55,427 nt of DNA from Candidatus Moraniibacteriota bacterium (GCA_903854995.1 CAINXS010000052.1:1-55427); one strand, 5' to 3'. Counted from the first letter of the stretch, positions 21,556-32,556 are shown. Notes: generated by a model not told the origin, from the sequence alone. Numbers and translations are program-made.

Positions 21556-22233
21556 TTATTCTTCATCCATATGCTGGATGGCCTTCTCAGTTGCGTAGGT
21601 ATGCATTCTTGATATCTCGTTAATCCCCATAGCACTTTTTAATTCAGAAAAGAAAGATTCATAACCATTCCCATTTTCTTCTATGAGTTCATCCAAAGCA
21701 CCATATACATCATCAATCATCTTTTTCCGCTTTTCTTCATCCTCTGGAGAATGAGAGTGCTTTTCATAGAAGTTCAATTTTTGAGCATCTGCCATGAAAG
21801 ATATATGCTTCATTTCAATTTTTTCCACCTTCTTCAAATCCTCCTCAGAAAGCCACTTCCCGTAATTGATTCGAAACTGGATTAATTCATGTATATACCC
21901 GTTAAACTCTTTGCCCTTCTCACCTGTCGGATCTCCATTTATCAAAATCCAAAGCCTGATACGAATCAGTTGATCAACATATTTCTCATAGAACTCAGCC
22001 TTCTTTTCTAGAATCAGTTTTGAAAGTGGTGAATTGACACCTAGATCAAACAAATGCTGATTTTTTTGTTTATGAGAATCGATAAACAAGCCAACAATTA
22101 ACGCTGCGATAATCGGAGAGAAAATACCGAAAATCTCCAACCTTTCTTTCCCGATAAGTAAAAGTCCGAGAAATATCCCGAGTAATATCGATATTATGCA
22201 ACACAATAGCCACGATATCACCTTTGTTGTCAT
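21556..22233 (-). CDS. Hypothetical membrane protein (AT-rich)
   Basis: 225-aa ORF with two N-terminal hydrophobic helices. Confidence 0.75.
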   Translation of the reverse strand: MTTKVISWLLCCIISILLGIFLGLLLIGKERLEIFGIFSPIIAALIVGLFIDSHKQKNQHLFDLGVNSPLSKLILEKKAEFYEKYVDQLIRIRLWILINGDPTGEKGKEFNGYIHELIQFRINYGKWLSEEDLKKVEKIEMKHISFMADAQKLNFYEKHSHSPEDEEKRKKMIDDVYGALDELIEENGNGYESFFSELKSAMGINEISRMHTYATEKAIQHMDEE

Positions 22234-22242
22234 ATCTTTCCG

Positions 22243-23652
22243 CTATTTCAAATTCTCCACCAAATACGCCCTCAACTCAGCAACCGGGATGCGGATCTGT
22301 TCCATGGTATCGCGGTCACGGACGGTGACAGTGTCCTTGAGCGAGGCGTCTCCGCCGAGTCCGATCGTGTCGAAGTCGACCGTCACGCAGTACGGCGTGC
22401 CGATCTCGTCTTGCCGGCGATAGCGCTTGCCGACGTTTCCGTTGTCGTCGTATTCGGTAGCGAAGTCGCGTTTCAACATATCGAACACCTCGCGCGCCTT
22501 GGCAGTCAGTTCCGGCTTGTTGCGGAGAAGCGGGAAGACCGCGACCTTGACCGGCGCGAGTTTCTTGGGGAATTTCATTACGACGCGGACATCGCCTTCC
22601 TTCACCTCCTCTTCGGTATACGCATCGGTCAAGACGGCAAGGAAGGTACGGTCGACGCCGACGGACGTCTCGACGATCCACGGGACGTACTTCTCCCCCG
22701 TCTGCGGGTCGCGGTACGAAAGGTCGACGCCCGAGAACTTTGAATGCTGGGTGAGATCGTAGTCGCTCCGATTATGGACGCCTTCGAGCTCCTTGAAGCC
22801 GAACGGGAACTTGTACTCGATGTCCCACGCGGCCTTGGCGTAGAAGACGAGGTTCTCATGCTGATGCCAATGCAAATTCTCCGCCTTGATTCCGAGGTCG
22901 ATATAGTATTGCCATCGCTTCGCCCGCCACTCTTCATAGAACTCGGCGGCCGTGTCGGGATGAACAAAAAATTGCATCTCCATCTGTTCGAACTCCCGCT
23001 TCCGGAAGATGAACTGTCGCGCGGTGATCTCGTTTCGGAACGCCTTGCCGATCTGCGCGATACCGAACGGCACCTTCATGCGTGTCGAATCAAGCACGTT
23101 CTTGAAATTGACGTAGATGCCCTGACAGGTCTCACCGCGAAGATAGGTCGGCTCCTTGTCCCAATCCCCTGTGAAGTTACCCAGGTTGGATTTCACCAGT
23201 AGATTGAAACTCTTCGCCTCGGTGAAATCGTGACTCCCGCATTTCGGACACACCACCTTGTCCCGGTTCTCCGAAAAGAGCGCATTGATCTCCTCTTCGC
23301 TCATCTTCTCGTCGGCAAAGACGCCGACCTCTTCGAGAAGATGATCCACGCGTACGCGCGAGTGACATTTTTTGCACTCCGCCAAAGGATCGCTGAACCC
23401 GCCTACATGACCGGACGCCTGCCAGACCTTCGGATGCATGAAGATCGCGCTGTCCAGGCCCACGATATTCTCGTTGTCACGCACCATCGCCTGCCACCAG
23501 GCCTCGCGGATATTTCGTGCGAGTTCGACTCCGTATGGTCCGAAGTCGTACACCGCCGCGAACCCGCCGTAAATCTCCGAGCTCGGAAACACGAATCCGC
23601 GCCGTTTCGAGAGCGATACCAGCTTGTCCATCAGGTTTTCCACTTGAGCCAT
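22243..23652 (-). CDS. glyQS: Glycine--tRNA ligase (alpha2 type)
   Basis: KRRGFVFPSSEIYGG, YLRGETCQG, FRNEIT...REFEQMEMQ and GKRYRRQDEIGTP motifs. Confidence 0.97.
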   Translation of the reverse strand: MAQVENLMDKLVSLSKRRGFVFPSSEIYGGFAAVYDFGPYGVELARNIREAWWQAMVRDNENIVGLDSAIFMHPKVWQASGHVGGFSDPLAECKKCHSRVRVDHLLEEVGVFADEKMSEEEINALFSENRDKVVCPKCGSHDFTEAKSFNLLVKSNLGNFTGDWDKEPTYLRGETCQGIYVNFKNVLDSTRMKVPFGIAQIGKAFRNEITARQFIFRKREFEQMEMQFFVHPDTAAEFYEEWRAKRWQYYIDLGIKAENLHWHQHENLVFYAKAAWDIEYKFPFGFKELEGVHNRSDYDLTQHSKFSGVDLSYRDPQTGEKYVPWIVETSVGVDRTFLAVLTDAYTEEEVKEGDVRVVMKFPKKLAPVKVAVFPLLRNKPELTAKAREVFDMLKRDFATEYDDNGNVGKRYRRQDEIGTPYCVTVDFDTIGLGGDASLKDTVTVRDRDTMEQIRIPVAELRAYLVENLK

Positions 23653-23874
23653 AAATGTGTCGTTATAGAACTTCCTGCTCCCTTTTCGGAGGGGAGCTGT
23701 CGCGTCTTCGCGACTGAGGGGTGGAAGCGGTACCTTGTAAAACGCTCCATTTCCTTTCAAATCTAGCCCGATAAGAGTCAAAAGTAAAGAGGATGTCAGT
23801 TCTGACATCCTCTTTAACATCCCGAGATTTCCATCATACTCACCAACCCTTCGCCCTGATTTCAATCCCCTCCT

Positions 23875-24726
23875 TTAGCGACAGCTGTTGATTTCCTCGA
23901 CTGCTTTCTTCGCCGCCGCAGCAACGATTTCGGCATACTCTTCCGGCGATTCCGCCCCTGCCGAACCAGGCGGAAGCATAAGCGAACGGGACTGGTTGAT
24001 CATCGACGTTGATCTTCCCAAGCGCGACACGACCGCTTTCACATCCCCGCCCTGTGCGCCCACGCCCGGTACGAGCAAAGGCATGTAATCGGTCGCTTTG
24101 AGAACCTGGCCGAGTTCCTCCGGAGCCGTCGCGCCGACGACCAGACCGCAGTTACCTCTCCCGTTCCACTGTCTCGCAGCGGTCTCTGCGACCACCTGAT
24201 ACAATGGAGCGGTTCCGCCAAGCATCGCAGGCCGCACGACTTCGAGTGACTGGAAATCTTTGGCACCACCATTCGACGTCCGGCACAGCACATACACGCC
24301 CTTGTCGGCATACTCGAGAAACGGTTCGACGGAATCCGAACCCATGTATGGCGAAACGGTGGTAGCATCTGCTCCGAGTCGGTCGAAAACGTACTGCGCG
24401 TACTTCGCTGATGAGTTTCCGATATCCCCGCGCTTCGCGTCGATGATGACCAGCAGTCCGAGACTGCGCGCCTTGTGGACGAACTCGTTCACTTCAGGAA
24501 ACATTCCCTCGGCCTCCGAAAAGGCAAGGTTGATCTTGACGACCGGGACATACGGAGCGACCGCACGAATGAACGTGTCACCGAAGTTCACGAAACGGGA
24601 GCTTCCGGTAAAGCATGCCGGGATTTTTTCCAGGTCGATATCGATCCCTGCACAGAGCAGAGAACACTTTTCTACCTGCTTTCTTTTCAATTGTTCGAAG
24701 TAGCCCATAATCACCATCCTTTTCAT
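23875..24726 (-). CDS. pyrF: Orotidine-5'-phosphate decarboxylase
   Basis: DAKRGDIGNS, SPYMGSDS, LCRTSN and LVPGVGAQGG motifs. Confidence 0.95.
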   Translation of the reverse strand: MKRMVIMGYFEQLKRKQVEKCSLLCAGIDIDLEKIPACFTGSSRFVNFGDTFIRAVAPYVPVVKINLAFSEAEGMFPEVNEFVHKARSLGLLVIIDAKRGDIGNSSAKYAQYVFDRLGADATTVSPYMGSDSVEPFLEYADKGVYVLCRTSNGGAKDFQSLEVVRPAMLGGTAPLYQVVAETAARQWNGRGNCGLVVGATAPEELGQVLKATDYMPLLVPGVGAQGGDVKAVVSRLGRSTSMINQSRSLMLPPGSAGAESPEEYAEIVAAAAKKAVEEINSCR

Positions 24727-24845
24727 TTGCTTGTTAAATAATAAGGGCGGGAAATCCGCCCTCCCGGTACTACGAGACGGAATCTAGCAGGAAACGACCA
24801 CTCGCGCAAGTAGCTCCTAAGCAAGGAATCTTGCAAATTTTCCCA

Positions 24846-27569
24846 CTATTTCCGAACGGATAACCTCCGTTTTCGCGCCTCCTCGAAGACGAAGACGAGC
24901 GCGGTGAAACACCAGGCGACGATCCAGTCGATCCGTTCGATCGGCGCCATGCCGAGGACGTGCTGGAAGAATGGCACGTTCGTGAACAAAAAGAGCATGA
25001 GGAGCGAAGTGCCGAAACCGGCGAAGACCCACGGGTTCGAGAAGAACGGCATCCGGAAGAACGACCGCGTCTCGCTCCTCGACTGGAAGAGGTTCGCCAT
25101 CTGCGTCAGGGCAAGCGTCACATAGGTCGCCGTCGTCGCATGACGATATGGCAGACCTTCCGGATCGAGCGCCATGCCGTATGACCATCCTTCACGCATC
25201 AAAACCAGAAGGAACGCCGTTACCCCGCCGACCGCCATGATCGCGCCGATCCACATAAGACGCGTGACGCCGCGGACATCCAGGATCTTGCGGCCGGTCG
25301 CGGGAGAGATATGGCTCTGCGAATCCGGCTCCTCGGGCTCGACACCGAGTGCGAAGGACGGGAAGACGTCCGTCGCCAGATCGATTGAAAGGATCTGTAC
25401 CGCCGTAATCGGGGACGGGATATGCAACAGGAATCCAAGCAGCACGGAGAATAGTTCGCTCGCGTTCGAGGTGAACACGTAGTGCGTGAACTTGCGCAGG
25501 TTTTCAAAGATGCGACGGCCTTCACGAACGGCACGTACGATCGATGCGAAGTGATCGTCCAGCAGGATCATGTCCGCCGCGTCCTTGGAAACGTCGGTTC
25601 CCGTGATGCCCATCGCAACACCGATATCGGCCTTCTTGAGCGCCAACGCGTCGTTCACGCCGTCACCCGTCATCGCGACTACCTCCCCCGCCGCCTGAAG
25701 GACGGTCGCTAAACGGAGTTTCTGTTCCGGCGCGATCCGGGAAAACACGGCTCCACTTTTCGCCGCCGTCACGATCGCCTCGTCGGAAAGGGTGTCGAAA
25801 ATCGTCCCGTTCACCGAAATCGGTGCCGTTCCTTCGGAGAAAAAACCGGCCTTCGACGCGATAGCCTTGGCCGTCGCCTCATAGTCCCCCGTCACCATGA
25901 CTACCGAAACGCCGAGATTGCGACATTCGGCGATCGCCTCACGGATTCCTTCCCGCGGAGGATCGATCATAGCCACCATACCGGCCCACACGAGATTTCT
26001 CTCCGCTTCCTCCGGATACGCGTTTTCCGACACACCGTCGAGATCGCGGTAGCCGAGCCCAAGGACACGCAGCGCCTGGGAGGAAAGGTCGTCATATATG
26101 GCTCGCACACGTGTCTTGTCCTCCGCGGTAAACGGCCTCCTTTCGCCCCCGTCGATCCATTCGGTCGACAGCTCCAGAAGGACTTCGGGAGAACCCTTCA
26201 CGTACGATCTCGTCTCCGCATTCGCGTAGACGACACTCATCCGTCGCCTCTCGGACTCGAACGGATTCTCGGCGATCTTCCGGAAACCGACCTCGAAGAA
26301 ATCGGGCCGGGAGTTGTATTTCCTGGCCGCAACGATAAGCGCACCCTCGGTCGGATCGCCGGTCACGACATACCGTCCATCCGTCATCGAAAGGGACGCA
26401 TCATTACAAAGCGTACAGATACGGAACAGCATCTCGGCGCCGGGAACGTCGGCAGGATTCACGAGTTTTCCGTTTCGCGAGAAATCACCTTTCGGCTCAT
26501 ATCCGACCCCGGAAACATCATATCGTTCGGTACCGAGCACGATGCCGGTCACCGACAGTTCGTTCTTGGTCACGGTGCCCGTCTTATCGGTACAGATGAA
26601 CGACACGGAACCGAGCGTCTCCACCGCGGACAGTTTCTTGGCCAGGACGTTCTTTGTGAGCAACCGCTTCATACCGAGCGCGAACGCGACGGAGAGCGCC
26701 GCCGGCAATCCTTCCGGAACCACCGAGACGGAAAGCGCCAACCCGAGCAGCAGCGACTGGTACAGCGGGATGTGCTGATAGTGGCCGATCATGATGACAA
26801 CGCCTCCGATGGATATCGAGAGAAGCGCCACGCCGCGGCCGAACCGTTCCATTTTTTTCTGCAGCGGCGTCGCCACCTGTTTTATCCCGTGCGTCAGTTC
26901 CGCCATTCGTCCAAGCTCCGTAGCGGCTCCGGTCGCGATAATGACGACACGTGCCTCGCCGGACACCACGGATTCGCCCATGAAGACAAGATTTTCGATG
27001 TCACTCCGCGCGACTATTCCCTTCATTGCACCGGAAGCCCGTTTTTCTGGGACGGACTCCCCCGTAAAAATGAAGCTGTTGACCTTGAAATTGTAGGCTT
27101 CGAGAACGTACGCGTCGGCAGGGACGCTCGATCCGGCATCAAGAAAGACGACGTCGCCGGGAACGAGTTCCGACACCGGGATATCGCGTTTTTCGCCATC
27201 GCGGATGACCGTGGCCGTATCGGCGACGAACGTGGCGAGTTTTTCGATGATCCGTTCCGCCTTGAATTCCTGGAAAAAACCGATCGCCGCGTTCGAAAGG
27301 ATGATAATAGCGATGATATTCGAATCGCGCGTCTCACCGAGCGCGAGTGCCGCGATGCCGGCAACCGCAAGGATCCAGACGAATACGTCGTTGAACTGCT
27401 TCACGAACAGTTTCAACGCGACGAAACGGCGTTTCGACTCAATCACGTTCATGCCATGCGTCTTCAGACGCGAAGCGGCCTCCACACCGGAAAGTCCGTT
27501 CATTGAAGTCCGTAACCGTGTCAGCGTCTCGACCGCGGACAACTGATAGAAGTTTTTTTCAATATCCAT
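24846..27569 (-). CDS. Cation-transporting P-type ATPase (Ca2+-type)
   Basis: TGES, VPEGLP, DKTGT, DPPR and GDGVND motifs. Confidence 0.96.
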   Translation of the reverse strand: MDIEKNFYQLSAVETLTRLRTSMNGLSGVEAASRLKTHGMNVIESKRRFVALKLFVKQFNDVFVWILAVAGIAALALGETRDSNIIAIIILSNAAIGFFQEFKAERIIEKLATFVADTATVIRDGEKRDIPVSELVPGDVVFLDAGSSVPADAYVLEAYNFKVNSFIFTGESVPEKRASGAMKGIVARSDIENLVFMGESVVSGEARVVIIATGAATELGRMAELTHGIKQVATPLQKKMERFGRGVALLSISIGGVVIMIGHYQHIPLYQSLLLGLALSVSVVPEGLPAALSVAFALGMKRLLTKNVLAKKLSAVETLGSVSFICTDKTGTVTKNELSVTGIVLGTERYDVSGVGYEPKGDFSRNGKLVNPADVPGAEMLFRICTLCNDASLSMTDGRYVVTGDPTEGALIVAARKYNSRPDFFEVGFRKIAENPFESERRRMSVVYANAETRSYVKGSPEVLLELSTEWIDGGERRPFTAEDKTRVRAIYDDLSSQALRVLGLGYRDLDGVSENAYPEEAERNLVWAGMVAMIDPPREGIREAIAECRNLGVSVVMVTGDYEATAKAIASKAGFFSEGTAPISVNGTIFDTLSDEAIVTAAKSGAVFSRIAPEQKLRLATVLQAAGEVVAMTGDGVNDALALKKADIGVAMGITGTDVSKDAADMILLDDHFASIVRAVREGRRIFENLRKFTHYVFTSNASELFSVLLGFLLHIPSPITAVQILSIDLATDVFPSFALGVEPEEPDSQSHISPATGRKILDVRGVTRLMWIGAIMAVGGVTAFLLVLMREGWSYGMALDPEGLPYRHATTATYVTLALTQMANLFQSRSETRSFFRMPFFSNPWVFAGFGTSLLMLFLFTNVPFFQHVLGMAPIERIDWIVAWCFTALVFVFEEARKRRLSVRK

Positions 27570-27625
27570 AGGGATTGAAGTCAGGGAATCGAAAAATCGA
27601 ATCAAGATTTGACCTATTATCGATC

Positions 27626-28789
27626 CTAAAAAGACCGGTCGGCCTTCGCACGCAAAGCCTCCATAAGCTTCCCGTAAAAACGAAGGTTGTGCATCGATGC
27701 GAGTCGGCTCCCGAGCGGATCCTCTACACGGAAAAGATGACGGAGATACGCCCTGGTATGATTCGTGCACAGCGGACAATCGCATGCGGAATCAACGGGA
27801 GTGAAATCCTCCGCGAACCGTTCGTTATTGATATTGATCGTCTCGTAAAAATCCCCTCGTAGAGACGGGGCATGCCCCGTCTCTATCATTTCGACTCGTG
27901 ACTGACTCTTCCACAAGAAGAGTCTCCCATGCCTCCCTTCTCTCGTCGGAATCACACAGTCAAACATGTCCCATCCGAGCGCATGGCAACGGACGATGTC
28001 TTCCGGTGTCCCGATACCGAGAGCGAACCGGACGCTCTCTTCGGGAATGACGGACGCGGTGTGCCGCACGATTTCCTGGAGGAATACCCCGTCCGAATCC
28101 ACGTGGCGTCCACCGAACCCGTACCCGTCGAAATCAAATTCCCGCAGCCCTTCGGCACAGCGGGTCCGAAGCTCCGGGTACATCCCGCCCTGCACGACAC
28201 CGAACAGGAGCGGGCGGCGATCTTCCGAAATCCCGCGGTCGACGATCTGCCGGTCGTATTCCTCGCGACACCGTTTCGCCCATCGGATCGTCCGCTCGAC
28301 CGCATCCGATATCTCACTCTCTGACGCATCGTTCGGTCGCGGGTCATCGAGAACGACCATCATGTCGACACCGAGGTCGAATTGGATCGCGATCGCCCGT
28401 TCGGGCGTAAGCATTCGTTTCGATCCGTCGAGTACCGACTTGAATTCGGCACCCTCTTCCGTTATCTTTCCCATTTTCGCATCGCGGTGTATAAGCGAGT
28501 ACACCTGATATCCGCCGGAATCCGAAAGGATGGGTCCGCCCCAATCCATGAACCGATGCACACCGCCCGCCTTCCGGATCAGCTCCTCGCCCGGCTGTAA
28601 CATGAGATGATACGTGTTCACGACCAATGCTCCGATACCGGCATCACGGATCTCGGCAACCGTCGTCCCCCGTACCGCGGCACGCGTCGCGTCCGGCATG
28701 AAGAACGGGGTAGGGATACTCCCCGCCCCCGTCCGAAGCAAACCCCTCCGTCCGCCGACCGAACTGTCTTCCCGAAGAAATGCGTTCAT
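27626..28789 (-). CDS. tgt: tRNA-guanine transglycosylase
   Basis: TPFFMP, DSGGYQVYSL, DMFDCVIPTR and CDCPLC motifs. Confidence 0.96.
   Translation of the reverse strand: MNAFLREDSSVGGRRGLLRTGAGSIPTPFFMPDATRAAVRGTTVAEIRDAGIGALVVNTYHLMLQPGEELIRKAGGVHRFMDWGGPILSDSGGYQVYSLIHRDAKMGKITEEGAEFKSVLDGSKRMLTPERAIAIQFDLGVDMMVVLDDPRPNDASESEISDAVERTIRWAKRCREEYDRQIVDRGISEDRRPLLFGVVQGGMYPELRTRCAEGLREFDFDGYGFGGRHVDSDGVFLQEIVRHTASVIPEESVRFALGIGTPEDIVRCHALGWDMFDCVIPTREGRHGRLFLWKSQSRVEMIETGHAPSLRGDFYETININNERFAEDFTPVDSACDCPLCTNHTRAYLRHLFRVEDPLGSRLASMHNLRFYGKLMEALRAKADRSF
27859..27886. repeat. GTAG-type REP palindrome in frame within tgt
   Basis: GTAGAGACGGGGCATGCCCCGTCTCTA; encodes IETGHAPSLR. Confidence 0.75.
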
Positions 28790-28793
28790 GCGT

Positions 28794-30695
28794 TTATGGT
28801 ACGACGGTATCCTTGCCGTCGGGCACGCCCGACCCCTCCGCCGAGTCTGTAAGCATCTTCTCGCCCGTATGCACGCTTACCGGGTTCTTCGTGAACGTAT
28901 CAACGCCTTCGAGCACGGAATCTTGCAGCAGGATCGGCTGTTTTCCGATCAGGTCCGGTCCCGGCACGGAAGAAACCTGGATGACAAGCTCGCGAGTCGA
29001 TTTCCCACCGCCGAGCATGGTCCCGATATCCCACACAAGCTGTCCGGTCCGGTCGTTAAACGAGACCGCTTCCGCATCCGGCGATTTCTTGCCGGCGTAT
29101 TTCACTCCCGTCGGAATCGTCGCGGTCATCTTAACCCCATAGAGATCGTTCAGATAATTCGTCACGCTGAAACGGATCGCGTATCCCGTCTCCTGCCCGA
29201 CTTTCGGGGGAATAGGGCCGTACCCGGGGAAAACCGCATCGGCATACGATATGGAGGCCTCGACTTTCGCGCCGGCACCGATCCGGACATCGAGCGCGTT
29301 GCTCGCGATCACCTTGTTCGCCTTGGATGCCAGCGGCACGTCCGGACTGTCGATCTTCGCGACCGTCCGAACTGTCAATCCCTTTCCGGAATCTATGTCT
29401 CGGCGAATCGGTACGGCGAACCTGATCTCCCCGCCCTGATGCGGTTCGAGTCGGGCGAGTCCGGGAATATCGGATGCCTTCCAGGTAATGATGCCCTTCT
29501 GCACGTCATACGACCCGGTCGTGCCCCCGAACGTCAGCTGGGTCATGTCGAGCAGGTTCGCGTTCACCTCCATGGTGACGATCACGTCCCGCAATCCTAT
29601 ATCGCCGGTATTCGTGTAATCAAGCTGGTACGAGAGCTTCTCTCCGGGACTTGCGGACAGGTCCGTCTTCCCTCCTACCCGCTGCGTTATGGTCAACGGC
29701 GAGGCGATGATACGGGTCAATCGTTCCTTCCGGTCATACGCAAGAAACGAACCATCCCCTTGCAAAGTGCCTATTTCCACGATGGCCGTCTTCGCCTGAT
29801 TGTTCCCGCCGATAAGGATTCCCTTCACGCGGATCTGACCTCCGGAGCCCGACAAAAGGGCACCGATCTTCCAGACCGAACTTCCCTCGGACGGAACCGG
29901 TTCCGCCTGATTGAAGCGGAATCCTTCTGGATAGGTGACCCGGACCCGAAGATTCTGAAACGCGACATCGCCGTCATTGTGATAGGTAATGACGTATTCC
30001 GCCTCGTTCCCGGAAGCCGCTTCCTGCGGAACGACCATATCAAACGAAAGCGGAGACGATACGATCGTGACCCCGAAACGCGATTCGGTTTCGTATCGGC
30101 CGGAGATGCCTGCCGGCGTAAAGCGCGCCAAGGAACGGAAATACGTCAGCGAACCGCGCGACCCGTAGAATTTCCCCGAAAACCTCACCTCACCGGATGC
30201 CCGCCCCTTCACGTCGCCGACTGAAACAGTCGCCGTGTTTCCAGAAATCGTCATGCCCGGCAGGGCATCGGGCCGGAATTCCGTCGGATACGCCAACGAG
30301 ACTTCCAGATTCTTGGCCCCGAGGATATTGTCGTTCACCCAATGAACGGTATAGTTCACCGATTCCGCGCTGGCGACGTCAGTCGGTCCGGTCATTTCGG
30401 TCTTGACGCGCTCGTTCGCGAACAGTGTAGAACGGAAAAAGGAGAGGCTTAAGATCCCCGCGATCACGATGATGCCGACGACGATGGCGGTCTCCGCTTT
30501 CCAATGACGTTTGATGAACATCCACGCCTTCGTGCGATAAGTGGTCCTGTCCGGTACCTGCGATACGCTCCATCCGCCCTGTCCGAAAGTGATTTTTCCC
30601 GTCTCGGGAACGTTTCCCGGGTCGAACGGAGTCCGAAAACTCTCCCCCTCGAAATCGCGACGATGTACGTCCTCATTGTGATCCTGTAAGCCCAT
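28794..30695 (-). CDS. Membrane-anchored Ig-like/DUF11-type repeat protein
   Basis: Single TM helix followed by repeated beta-rich modules (YVITYHNDG, YQLDYTNTG). Confidence 0.7.
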   Translation of the reverse strand: MGLQDHNEDVHRRDFEGESFRTPFDPGNVPETGKITFGQGGWSVSQVPDRTTYRTKAWMFIKRHWKAETAIVVGIIVIAGILSLSFFRSTLFANERVKTEMTGPTDVASAESVNYTVHWVNDNILGAKNLEVSLAYPTEFRPDALPGMTISGNTATVSVGDVKGRASGEVRFSGKFYGSRGSLTYFRSLARFTPAGISGRYETESRFGVTIVSSPLSFDMVVPQEAASGNEAEYVITYHNDGDVAFQNLRVRVTYPEGFRFNQAEPVPSEGSSVWKIGALLSGSGGQIRVKGILIGGNNQAKTAIVEIGTLQGDGSFLAYDRKERLTRIIASPLTITQRVGGKTDLSASPGEKLSYQLDYTNTGDIGLRDVIVTMEVNANLLDMTQLTFGGTTGSYDVQKGIITWKASDIPGLARLEPHQGGEIRFAVPIRRDIDSGKGLTVRTVAKIDSPDVPLASKANKVIASNALDVRIGAGAKVEASISYADAVFPGYGPIPPKVGQETGYAIRFSVTNYLNDLYGVKMTATIPTGVKYAGKKSPDAEAVSFNDRTGQLVWDIGTMLGGGKSTRELVIQVSSVPGPDLIGKQPILLQDSVLEGVDTFTKNPVSVHTGEKMLTDSAEGSGVPDGKDTVVP

Positions 30696-30813
30696 ATGCG
30701 TTGTTTCTTTCCTTTCATTGTATCAAATACGCGAAGACGCGGAAAGCGGACCCGTCGCACCGCACGGGTCCGAATACGAAAGAAATATCCGCACCGAACA
30801 ACCGGGAACGGAT

Positions 30814-32526
30814 CTACGACCGCAGCTCACCTCCGACATACCGCATCGCCTTCGACTCATCGGCCATCGACCCGTCCGCATCGGCCGCAGATTCCACATC
30901 GGGATCATAATATTCCGGCGTCAGTATCGGCGTACCGACTTCCGTAAACTCCACGTCTATCTTCCTCACCAATACCGGCCTATCGGGACCGATCATTTCC
31001 CGTTCCGGAGCCTTTCTGGAAGCTTGTTCCGCTATACCACCCTCCTTGCCAGTACTGCAGGAGATAAGCACTATCGGAGCATCGGACCGCAGCAACCTCC
31101 TTAATGCCGACTCGATTCCCTTCCCTTCCGTAAGGTCCGAAGTCGTTATTTTGCCCCGCCTAAGCTCCCAGTCCTCATAGACGCCATCGATTGGAGGCGG
31201 AGCGATCCGGTCACCGAACGTGATGCTCTCCGACGAGCCGTGCCCGCCAAGGACCATGAACGAGATCTTTTCCCCGTTCGATCCGTATCGCTTGTCGAAT
31301 GATATCAGCCGCCTCGCAAGTTCCGTCTTCGATCCGACCTCGACGATCCGGATCGCGAACTTTTCCATTCTCAGTTTCGCCGCCATTTCCGCGATCGGCG
31401 TTTTCATCTGCGCAAATGCGCCGTTCAAATCCTCCTCGGGAAAAACGATCACCCCGTACGGGATATCCTGTCCGGACTGCTCCAATTGCCAGAGCAGCAG
31501 ACTTGAATCATACCGCTGGAAATTCGCAATCCCGTATTCCGAAAACAGGCGGTTCGCCGCATCTTTTCCGATGTTCAGGGACGCCTCAAGCGCCTCCGCG
31601 CAACAGGTCCTATATCGGTTGTTTCCCCGCTCGTCTTTCCCTACGCACGTATCCGATTCTTTCCATTTTTCGACAATCGACGGGTCAAGTCCGATTTTGT
31701 CCGCGACTATCCGGGTCAGTATCCGCTGCTTCACACGAAGATAGCTGTCATTCGCGTCGCTTCCCCTCAGAAATTCCATACCCGACTCAAAATCGGCCGC
31801 CGAGGATATTTCACCACTTCCCTTCACGACAGCCTTGGCAACTTCATTGAACGCTTCAAAATCCTTCGACCGGTTCATGATTCCCAATGCAGTCCGCTGC
31901 GCACGCGAACTTCTTTCATGAAGGTCCGGAAGGATGGCAAGTTCCCGGGCATGTCTTCCGATCCAGGACTCGATATCCTGCCGGTTTCGAGCATTCTCCG
32001 TATCCAACGCCTCGCTCGCGACATACAGCAAATCCTCACAGACCCTCGTGCGCTCATCCTTGTCGCGATCGTCACGATCCAACCACGCGTCAAAATTATC
32101 GAGCGATTTCGCCAGTTCCCCGGAAAGAAACTCCTGAAGACACTCCTTGTTTCCCTGCCGATCTTCCCAAACCGAACCGTCAACCTGCTCCTTATATGAC
32201 CAATACGCCTCCGCCATCACGCTCAATGCCGTCGAAAGAGTCTTGTCGTCGCGAAGCAGGGAACCGAAGTCGTCTTCCGCTTCCCTATACGGTCGAAAGA
32301 ACCCATCGCATGCATCTTTCACCTTCTCGTTCGCTCCCTTGTCCCTTCCGGAAACGGAATAGTTCTCATCAAGAGCGTGCAGGAAATCTTCGGCCCTTTC
32401 TTCAAAGGTCGACGGCTCGTCGCTTTCGACCGTAGGAACATTTTTTTGGCGATGATCGGGAACCTCTTCCACTACCTGCTGAACATCATCACGTGAATAG
32501 TCTTCATGCATATTCTTCGGAGTCAT
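30814..32526 (-). CDS. Hypothetical protein
   Basis: 570-aa ORF; C-terminal LGGHGS...LISCSTG could be a His/Cys catalytic pair (inference). Confidence 0.75.
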   Translation of the reverse strand: MTPKNMHEDYSRDDVQQVVEEVPDHRQKNVPTVESDEPSTFEERAEDFLHALDENYSVSGRDKGANEKVKDACDGFFRPYREAEDDFGSLLRDDKTLSTALSVMAEAYWSYKEQVDGSVWEDRQGNKECLQEFLSGELAKSLDNFDAWLDRDDRDKDERTRVCEDLLYVASEALDTENARNRQDIESWIGRHARELAILPDLHERSSRAQRTALGIMNRSKDFEAFNEVAKAVVKGSGEISSAADFESGMEFLRGSDANDSYLRVKQRILTRIVADKIGLDPSIVEKWKESDTCVGKDERGNNRYRTCCAEALEASLNIGKDAANRLFSEYGIANFQRYDSSLLLWQLEQSGQDIPYGVIVFPEEDLNGAFAQMKTPIAEMAAKLRMEKFAIRIVEVGSKTELARRLISFDKRYGSNGEKISFMVLGGHGSSESITFGDRIAPPPIDGVYEDWELRRGKITTSDLTEGKGIESALRRLLRSDAPIVLISCSTGKEGGIAEQASRKAPEREMIGPDRPVLVRKIDVEFTEVGTPILTPEYYDPDVESAADADGSMADESKAMRYVGGELRS

Positions 32527-32556
32527 TAAACACAGTATACAGGAAGTCGATCGGTC

